64,000 nucleotides of DNA from Strigamia acuminata. Its lineage: Eukaryota. Positions 55,001 to 64,000 of the stretch are shown in pieces. The DNA is taken from the NCBI GenBank assembly GCA_949358305.1, contig OX442314.1, positions 21,328,001-21,392,000 on the forward strand, in the 5' to 3' direction. Each line of letters begins with the position of its first letter. The stretch's first letter is position 1. Below the pieces are notes generated by a model that searched no databases, had not been told where the DNA came from, and saw only the letters and a program-made list of their open reading frames with translations. The translations under genes were made by a program, and so were the position numbers.

Positions 55001-56350
55001 ATTAAGTGGATACTAGAAATGCAAACTGTGAAAACTTTGATGCAATTCAATGCGTTAACAACGTACATCTAAAAATTTCAACACAGATCCTTCAGCAGAG
55101 CAAAGTTCTTGACAAAATCGAAAACCTTCTACTCTCACATCCACATCAGTGTTCGTAATGGCTGCCATCATAGTCTGTTGATAATTGGCATTGAGAGGGC
55201 GCAAATGACAACTGAATCTCAATAAAATAATCTCAATACCACGAACAGTCGGTCGATATTACTGCATAAAGGGTAGGATAAACTAGTGTTATATTTCTTC
55301 AAAATGCCCGTTAAACTCTTGAGTGCAGCCTTTTCAAATTCAGGGTTGTCAATGTACTCAAATAGTACACCAAGAGCCCAAATTACATCATTTTCGTATA
55401 GCGATTTGATGTTGATGAATCTCATCCAATGCATCAGACATTCTATTGCACTCGTTTTTACACCGTTACTGGAAGAGGTAAAATATTACCACAACCCAAT
55501 TTCGGTACCGTGATTTGGAATTACTAGTCAACCTGTTTTTCGTTTTGAATACACGAAATATCGCCTTGAAAATTTCGTTACCGTTTGAATCTAACTGTTC
55601 ACAATTCTCGTCTTCCTGTTAACGAAAAATAATAAAAAATTAAGATTTTACAAGTTGTGCTAATAAAATCTCCAATTTACAAATTTCTGGGCTAATAAAC
55701 CAATAACTTCCAACGAGTTCTGTCTGAGATGATCAGGATTATTCATTTGCATTATATTTTCAATGATCGTTCTTAGCAAATCTGGCCACTGGTCGCGACA
55801 AAATTCAATTTCTGCAACAAATGTCAAACAAGCAGCGACAAAACTTGGTCTTCCAGCTTCAGAATTTAAAGATTTAAGCAACTAAAAAGATGTTTGTTTT
55901 AAAAATATAAATTTCATGATCATCAGGCATCACAAAATGAATAATAAACGTACAGTTTTCTTGATGTTCTGCCTAAATTCTGCACCGATAGAAAACCATC
56001 TGTAAGAGTAGTCAATTCTTGTTTCCAAAGGATCTCCTGATTTGAGAGTAGTCACAATTTGGAATGCTGCAGCGCTACGGATATTTTCACCATTTTCCAT
56101 ATTCAAAAGCAGGTTTACCAAGGCTGATAAATGGGTACTCTGAAACCAAAAGTTAGACCATAATTATGTGCTCAAACCTTATATATCGTATACTAACTAA
56201 GTTTAAACTGCCATACACATCTATCATTGCTTGAGCTGAATCAGACACATCCCTATCTACGATAAATATGTGGAAAATAATAATTTTTTTAATGCAAATA
56301 TACATTTTACCTTGTGACAATGTTTGGTGTAAAATATCAACCAAATCCAT
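52015..56350 (-). CDS. Divergent importin subunit beta-1-like protein, paralogue A (~20 exons)
   Basis: MDLVDILHQTLSQDRD...IRSAAAFQI...YRW...RPSFVAACLTFVAEIE...QWPDLL...LRQNSLEVIG, SKDWRLRNASVVAF and later HEAT segments are colinear with KPNB1; the exons I translated are open. Confidence 0.85.
53405..53862. mobile_element. Inverted, diverged copy of the 7674-8149 MITE in an importin intron
   Basis: AAACAGCCAAAAACCATCACCAAAAACTGCAAAAAC, TTTTTACAACCAAACTCAAAATGGCTGC and terminal ACTTTGAACCCGCC|TAA are reverse complements of segments of the 7.7-8.1 kb element; flanks TTA/TAA. Confidence 0.8.
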
Positions 56351-56517
56351 ACAGAAGTTGCAAACAAATTTTGATTTTCTTTACGCGTTAATAACACAAG
56401 CGATATGTTGTTATCATTGTTCAGAGAACGTGCGATGTCACAATTGTTCGACCAATTTTAGAATTTCCTTGCAAAATTTTCCAAGATAAAAACTGAAAAT
56501 AAATAAAAGCCAAACAA

Positions 56518-59500
56518 ATGGACTTACTTAGTGTCTTAGAAAAATCTCTATCGACAGGTAAATAAAAAAATTAAAAATTAAATGCGCTTCTGTGAGGAAA
56601 ATTTATTTTTGTCTAGATATCATCGAGGCTGAAAATGCACAAACAGTTATCGACGACATAGCAGATTTCAATTTGGTACCGTACGCTTAAATAATAAACT
56701 CTACGCTATTATTTTGAGCACCAAAAATGGTGTGTTGGTCTTTGCATTTGCAGGAAGAGTTTTTGATCAGCCTAGCTAAAATTCTAAACGACACTGAGAA
56801 AAGTGTTGCAATAAGAAAAAATGCCGTGTACCAGATTAAAAAATCGCTCAGAACGGGCGATGAGTGGGAAACAAGAATTGATTACCAATCAAGATGGTTT
56901 GCTCTTTGCCCATCTGTCAGGCGACTTTTAAAGGACACGGTAAGAAGCGCAGTAGAAATAATGGATCAATGGATCAAAACAATCGCTTAATCTACATCCT
57001 AATATCAATTGAGTTCAGGTACTGAGTTGCTTAGGAACTGAAGAAATCACACCAAGTCCTGCAGCAGATTTGCTAGCATTCATTGCCGGTGCGGAACTGC
57101 CCAATGACCAATGGCCAGACTTAATCAGTGACCTCTCTCGCAATGTAACTAATAACGGTAATACCGACAATCTCAAGGAAGCATCGTTGGTTGCAATTGG
57201 TCGATTATGCCGCCAAAATTATGTACGACGAATAAATTTATAAATATTTCCAATTATTAAATTATTTTCCTGTCAGGAATGTGAACAGTGCAAAGCGGCG
57301 ATTGGAGACTCGAACGAAATTTTTAAATCTATTTTCCATGGCTTACTGTACGTCACGAGGTAAAAATAGCATTGTTTCAATGTTTCAAATCAAAAATGAG
57401 ATGTCATAATGTTGCTTTGTGATTTTAGTTCTGATGTGATGACGGCAGCTGTCAACGCATTGAGGGAATGGATCGGTCTGAAAAAAGATAAATCCAGAGC
57501 AAATCCGCAAGTAAATTCTGCAATTCAGCGAATTTTTGAATTGGCCATCTCTCCGGATAACAGGATAAAAGCTGCTTCGCTGAAGTGCTTAAGAAAGTTC
57601 CAAATCAGCTACTTCGAGAAAAAACTGTCTAGCGTGAGTTCATTTGAATTTTGATCAAAACTCGTTTAAACTCCAACCGAACTCTCTAGATTATGATTAA
57701 CGCAATTGAAAGTGAAATTCCAGAAATAAGACTTCAGGGCTTCAAATTTTGGTACGAGCAATGCTTCGAAGAGTCTCCAGAAATGAGTTTAAAAGTGGTA
57801 ATTTACACAAGAAAATTACTAAAATAAAATTAACAAATTAAAAAACGAGTATTGCAGAGCAACACTTCACGTAATACCTTTAGCAAAGAGACACTTCCCA
57901 ACTTATTGCCAACCTTTCTGAAAACAATTACGCTTTATGTAAGCATTTCGACCAAATAGAATTCAACTTGAATGTAACAATCATCTACTTAGGGACACAA
58001 TGACCAAGAAGGTGGCAAACTTTGGATCTTGGCGAATGACAGTATGAGAGTGCTCTCTGAATGGTGCGATGTGTCAACTCTTCGGCAATATCTTACGTAT
58101 TTTATACAAGAACATATTCGTAATATTGATTGGAAATATCGATGCAGTGCCATCCGAGCTTATTGTACAATAGGAAATGCATAATTTGACCGTTTTTAAT
58201 TGAATAGAATATGTTTAATCTACAGATTCGCTTCTTTGGGCTGATTGGAATGTGGTGAAGCCATTGATCGAGAAGGCGATCCCTGTGTTTCTAGAAATGT
58301 TAGAAAAGGACGATAATGAAAGGGTGAAATTCACGGCTGCAGTGGTGATTGGCGGAATCTGTAGTAAGATTCAGGATGCCATCATGTTCATGGAACATTT
58401 AAATTCTCTGATAGAAGGGCTTTTAAAGAGCTTGAAAGATACACCAAGTGTAGTTTGTGGTGTTTGTGAGGTATGACCATTTTATTTTGTCTCGAACATA
58501 AATTTTATGTACAAAAATTTAATAGGCAATTGAAGATGTAGCGTATAAAGCTTATTCATTTTCACAAACGAAAGAAACATTTTGTTTATCACAGTATTTT
58601 GAATTTATTGTCTACTCCTTAATGGAAACACTGTACAGGTTAGAATTGACATTGAAGACGTATAATTGTGCTTTGTAAACACTAATTTTTCTTTATTTTA
58701 GACGTGATGGTACAAAAAGCTCACGTAGTGCGATTTACAGCGCTCTGAAATGTCTACTGCAATACAGTACAAAGGTATTGTACTTTTATTTATTTATTTA
58801 TTTATTTATTTACTTATTTATTTATTCTTTTAGGACTGTTCCTCTACTTTTTGCAAGTTAGGCGCGGTTTTTGCTCAACGTCTCCAGCATGTTCAGACAC
58901 AAATGCCTGAGCAAAGTGGAGACACTCAAGCGTATGATGGCAATGACACTGAATCTCTTGCATTGCTTCGGACTTTGCAGGTGGAATGGCCAAAAATAGG
59001 TTACATATAGAATGAATTTTTGTTTTCTTAGATTCTTATTCGATTGATGGTTCCTGATCATCTGGAGAAATCATATGGAAAAATTTTGTCTGGTTTGATG
59101 CACATTCTAAAGAAACAACGTTGCCAAATAATCATTCGTGCGGTTACGTTAGAAACAATATCACTAATTGTCAAAGGTATACATTTTAATATCTAAAATA
59201 TATTTGGTGTTTACTTTTGTGTTAAAGGAATGGGAGAAAAGTTTTTGCCGCATGTGGAGTCATTACTGCCCATATTAATCGTTGACCTGAAAAATCGTAA
59301 AAAAGAACAAGTAAGAAGTACACTTCTTGAAAAATAAACGATTTAAAATTTAAATTTAATCATTGCAGACGTGCATTGCAGCTGTGCAATTACTTCATGC
59401 AATTTGCAACGCCGCTGAAGAGAACTTCTTGCCGTATTGCGATTCGATTGTGTCAATTTTATTAGAAAGTTTGAGCGTAAGTAAAGTAAAAATACTTTAG

Positions 59501-60382
59501 TTTCATCATTTTAAATTATTTATATTTTTCTCTAGAATGAAAATACAAATCGGCGCATTAAGGACTCAGTTTTGCTCACCATCGGTGACCTAGCCAAAGC
59601 AACTGGCAGTAACTTTAAAAAATATTTGAATATCATTCTTACTACGCTTGTATTGGTGCAGTCCCAAGTGGACAAAGAATACTTAGTATAAAAAAATTAG
59701 TAGATGCATTCATAAAGTCAAGTGAAACAAGCAGTTATAAATGTTGTTTAGTCTAAATGACTTTATGAATGCGCCTTCTCATACTGAATCTGAATATTAT
59801 AAAACGTTTAAATTTAGACTGACAACAGAATGTATGCTTTGTATACTCATCATTGCCACTTTTTGAAAGCGTACGCTGGCATTGTGCACGGAATGAAGTA
59901 TGACCAAGAAGCAGTCACCTGTAAGATCTGAAATATACCGCTAAGAAATTATTTAATTGATTTATTTTAATGTAGATATAACAAAATTTTTGGAACCACA
60001 ATTAAAAAGTATGCTTGACGTGGTCAATGCAATGGCATTGAACAAAAGTGACTACAAGGAAATGGATGATTTTTATCTGGCTCAAGGAATGAACATGCTC
60101 AAGTAAGTGCATCAATCCGACATTTAAATTGTGAATACCGGTAATGAATAAAAAATAATAAAAATTGTCTTCTATCATTCTAGGAATATTTGCTCTGTTT
60201 TTGGAAAAAACATTGAACATTTATTAGTAACGTGTGATGTTCTAGATGCCTTGAACACTGGAAGCTCTTCAGAGAAGCAAGAAGCTAAGACAATTGCCAA
60301 TACAATTAAAAACCAACTGAATGAATCCAACTTGATGCAAATTCAAGCGACTCTCAACCTAAGATCAAACTCAGCCCCATAG
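56518..60382 (+). CDS. Divergent importin subunit beta-1-like protein, paralogue B (20 exons)
   Basis: MDLLSVLEKSLSTD...YQSRWFAL...VLSCLGTE...AELPNDQWPDLI...LKEASLVAIG; FIQEHIRNIDWKYR; TFCLSQYFEFIV; LPYCDSIV; IGDLA...FKKYL; KAYAGIVHGMK; all 20 hand-joined exons stay in frame to TAG 60380-60382. Confidence 0.88.
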
Positions 60383-60744
60383 AAGCAGAAAACTGCAATC
60401 CAAATTCGAAAATGTACATATGTAAATAAAATTAAAACGTCTGCATTTCTTTACCAAGCTTAAATTTCATTTTTTTTCATGTCTAATTCGCGTTGCATTT
60501 CTACGTTAACATGGAATTCAGAGAATTCACCATGTAATGTGTTCTTCATGTGTTCGATAAGTTGTAGATTCGGAAAAAGGAGCGTTCAGAAAGCAGCCAG
60601 CATTAGGTTTAGCATTATTTGCATAAGTGTTTATTTATCATAAATTAGACAGGTGGCGTTACACACGCACAATATTACAAATTAACATATAGTAACACTC
60701 AATCATGGAGTTCGGACACTCCAATATGTTTCGCTACTATTAAA

Positions 60745-60933
60745 ATGCGAAAACTAGCCGGTACAACAAGCGGTTTAACTGAAAGAACCATTATTGGTGT
60801 AATATTATTTAGTTTCATGATATGCTGCTTTTCACTTGCATTACTTTTCCATGCATTTGGAAAATGGAGAAAATTTGAAACCAGGCCGCATACAAGTGTT
60901 CCTTTTACCACTTTAAATCTGAATCAAGAGTAA
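60745..60933 (+). CDS. Putative small single-pass membrane protein (62 aa; may splice onward)
   Basis: One hydrophobic stretch IIGVILFSFMICCFSLALLFHAF followed by basic residues; GTAAGT donor overlaps the stop codon. Confidence 0.4.
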   Translation: MRKLAGTTSGLTERTIIGVILFSFMICCFSLALLFHAFGKWRKFETRPHTSVPFTTLNLNQE

Positions 60934-61046
60934 GTGCACATCTGCTTTAAAAGGGCAATATTTTTAGATTTCTCCTGGAATTTTTCTCCTGACTAAAAAT
61001 ATACACGACACAGCAAGCAAAGAGAGCAAAGTTTATTTTTCATGTC

Positions 61047-61673
61047 ATGAGAGTGAAGCCATGTGCACTAACTGCTTCCGTTTTTATTACAATCATTCCA
61101 GGTATGTTTTTGATTCTTAAGTATTCAATTGACGATCATCCGAAAGCATTAACGTTTAATTCAGAACGTAATTTGTTTTTTTATTCATTTAATAAAGGGG
61201 CTTTATCCGGATAACTAAAATGTGTTTCACTTTTTCTTTTATTTTTAGGTGTTAATGCCGATTTTGTGAATTCATTCGCCTTCCCATTATTAGTTATATC
61301 TGTGTTCCTTCTTTCTATGGCACTAATGGTTGTCATGATCAACGTTTGTTGCACCAAGAACAAAAAAAAGGGCTCGAAACCGATAAAAAGTAGACAGTCA
61401 ACACCAGCAACTGAACAATCCGCGAGCACTACGCCGATAACCAGCGCCACATCACTTACAACATTGTATCATCTACAATCGGCGGACAGTGTTCCAGGAA
61501 CATCAAAAATGTATCCGAAAATACTCCAATCATCACTTGCGGAAGCACAACGAGATGTTCAACCGCCCGAAAAAGCTTCGACAAAAGTGAAATGTGAAGA
61601 AGTGCAGGCAGAAGTTCATAGAGAAAGAGAGGAACTTCCAAGATTGAAATGTGATATAATTGTGTATATTTGA
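61047..61673 (+). CDS. Small single-pass membrane protein with signal peptide (2 exons)
   Basis: Exon 1 61047-61101 (MRVKPCALTASVFITIIP) joins in frame to exon 2 at 61249 (GVNADFVNSFAFPLLVISVFLLSMALMVVMINVCCTKNKKK...), followed by a Ser/Thr-rich tail. Confidence 0.6.
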
Positions 61674-62485
61674 AATGTTCATGTCCTAAATCTTTTTAAT
61701 TTTTATGTCTTCATTGTCATATTAAAGTCGAGTTTTTAAGTGTCACTTGGTCGAATGATGTTCAATTTTTGTTTAAAAAGTAAAAAACAAAACCAGGAAG
61801 CAACTAAAATTGTCATTTATTGTTCAGAAAAACTTTCAAATGTCCCAAACACTTTGTAGTCTATATCAAAATAAAAATTTGCTAACTTCCAAAATTCCAA
61901 CTGTATTGTTTTGGAAGTTCAGAATTCTAATTCTAAACTCTAACTCTGTTTATATAAACTCCTTGAACTATTTTTTTCAAAGAAACTAATTAGAGAATGA
62001 ATAATAAACACAATCTTTCACAGTTTCAACGCAGCTACAGCAGCATCAGCGACTGCAACTGTAACAGCAGCATAAACTGGCAAATTTCCATTTTTTAAGT
62101 AAAATTAAATAAAAATCAAGTTAACAAGTACAGTCAATTTACAAAATCCTATGGGTGTCTGATTTGTTAAACATATGGGCATTTTGAGACAAAAAAACTA
62201 ATACAGAGAGATGGATTCTTCTTCTGCCCATACCCCACATCTGGCAGCCATCCAACAAAATGAGTTTTCACTGTAAAATATAAATAAAATGTTAATAAAT
62301 GTTATTTGTGTTAGCAAACCACGATTAGCCAATAAAAGCGTTTAAATTAATCATTTGACTGATGAAAAGTTCAAAATTAAAAAACGGGAAGAACATTTGG
62401 TGACAAATGATCTCAGCATCCTGAATTCGTGACATCATTTCAGCACTAAAAATATCTATTTATATTCTGAGCTACTTTTTCTGCA

Positions 62486-63036
62486 ATGGCCAATCTGTAA
62501 GTAACCGCTTCTACATCACCTCACATACTAGAGCACATAAAACACTTCAACTTTTGATATATTTTTTTAGAACTTACCAAATGGAATTATTAACCTTTTT
62601 ATTTGCAACGTTATTCATTGCCGCTATTTTAATCTTTTACTGCGTCCGAAAATGCACAATTAAAGACAACCCTGGGCAAATTCTGCTAACCAGAGATGAG
62701 TGGAATTCAATACCTGATCTACCACCAACCTACACTTCCAATTCTTCATATTTCACACCACCTTTGAACCCAAATCTAGACTTTCAGAATTTAAGTCCGC
62801 CGCCACCATCGTACGAATCCGAGGGGGGCGACAATCAGAATCTGCTTGTCAGAGATTCGAATCTTTTTTGGGATTCGAAAGATTCGGATGGGATTCGGAA
62901 AGATTCGGATGGGATTCGGAAAGATTCGGGCGGGATTCGGAAAGATTCGGGCGAGATTCGGAAGCCATTGTCAGAGATTCGGTCAAATGTCGCACCCCTC
63001 GTACGAATCACTGGTTTTGCAAAAAGAAATTGTTGA
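62486..63036 (+). CDS. Small single-pass membrane protein with PY motifs and repeat tail (2 exons)
   Basis: ATGGCCAATCT|GTAAGT joins at 62571 in frame: MANLTYQMELLTFLFATLFIAAILIFYCVRKC...LPPTY...PPPPSY...(KDSDGIR)-like x4. Confidence 0.6.
62878..62961 (+). repeat. Four-copy 21-bp tandem repeat
   Basis: AAAGATTCGGATGGGATTCGG x2, AAAGATTCGGGCGGGATTCGG, AAAGATTCGGGCGAGATTCGG; bracketed by TTGTCAGAGATTCG direct repeats. Confidence 0.92.
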
Positions 63037-63568
63037 ATCCGGAAACCGTACAGCCGAAAACTGAGTTATCGAAAAATATATAAACAGAAAAGAAAAAAAA
63101 AATTTAAAAATCGAATCAAATAACCTTCAAAACAAATTCAATTTCTAAAAAAAACTCTCCAGAGTTGGTCGGATGTGCGCATTTATCAAGGTTAAACTCT
63201 GCCTGCATTGCAAGTCAGCGGTCCCTCGCAATGTTTGTTGAGTCTACAGATTATGACTCACACCTTGTGGAGTGTTCCAGATCCAGTTCAGTTACGAACC
63301 ACTTTTTATAAATAAAAATATTTTGCAAAATTCCGAAAAAATTTCAATCATTTCCCATTTTAACCACGACAGAAAAAAAAACGAGAAAGAAAAAAAGCAC
63401 ATGACATCACCATTTCGTTGGCCTTTGCAACACAACGTCATAAAACGGTTGCGACTGCGCACTATCAAATTAACTCGCGGTCGGGCATCGAAACCGGAGA
63501 AAGGTGAGTGGGAGTTTTTCACAAATTAGCTCCTTCATCTCGTGTTTAATCTCAAACATTTTAGTGCA

Positions 63569-63922
63569 ATGGACAGCCCCTTGCTGACATTCTTAATCAT
63601 CGCCATTGTCATCTTCATTTCTTTTATATTATGCTGTCTACTACGAAGACGGATTAATTACAGTGGTCACATCGTGTCCCCTCCGCCACGACCGGTTCTA
63701 GTGCAACAAGTGCCGCAGAGAGATGTGATCACCCAAGTGCACATCGTAAATGTTTCCAACAACGCATCGGGACCAATGTCGCCTCAAATGATTCCGTCCC
63801 CGAGCGCTCCACCGCTCACCGTATACCACGATCAACCGCCACCGTTCATGAATCTGAATTTTAATGACCAAACTGCACCACCGCCATCTTACACGTCGTT
63901 ATACCCGCACAACAAGCAGTAA
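63569..63922 (+). CDS. Small single-pass membrane protein with proline-rich PSAP/PPxY tail
   Basis: MDSPLLTFLIIAIVIFISFILCCLLRRR...PSPSAPP...QPPPF...APPPSYTSLY*; preceded by a plausible intron (donor ~63504, acceptor 63564); AATAAA just after the stop. Confidence 0.7.
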   Translation: MDSPLLTFLIIAIVIFISFILCCLLRRRINYSGHIVSPPPRPVLVQQVPQRDVITQVHIVNVSNNASGPMSPQMIPSPSAPPLTVYHDQPPPFMNLNFNDQTAPPPSYTSLYPHNKQ

Positions 63923-64000
63923 AGGAAATAAAAGCGGATGTGTTGAGATAAATATTGAGGTCAATTGGGGTGTGGTTTCACCATGTGTTTCATTTACCAG

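Noticed and set aside
61990..62095. Minus-strand Cys-rich frame with in-frame TGA (possible selenoprotein or metallothionein)
   Set aside because: Derived from a degenerate CAG/CTG triplet tract; no start, splice support or SECIS identified.
62878..62961. CRISPR-like appearance of the 21-bp repeats
   Set aside because: Eukaryotic context, no unique spacers and no cas genes; simple minisatellite.

Overview
AT-rich animal genomic DNA, most likely an arthropod (short ~55-70 nt GT-AG introns, TATCGATA DRE motif). Bases 1-39,800 contain no recognisable host coding exons: they hold several MITE families, candidate promoters and 5' exons of a minus-strand gene, and one apparently very young, intact BEL/Pao LTR retrotransposon (18543-24463; identical 318-bp LTRs, GTTCT target-site duplication, tRNA-Phe primer site, single 1730-aa gag-pol ORF). 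Bases 39,890-63,922 are gene-dense: CCT2, ArfGAP2/3, AMN1, catalase, a cathepsin D-like protease lacking the proline loop, two highly diverged importin-beta paralogues arranged head-to-head, and a run of small single-pass membrane proteins, two with PY/PSAP motifs. The most unusual signal is the importin-beta pair. By manual alignment both appear to have lost the acidic loop and all four tryptophans used to bind importin-alpha. All gene models were assembled by hand from splice signals and remembered homologue sequences; no database search was run.
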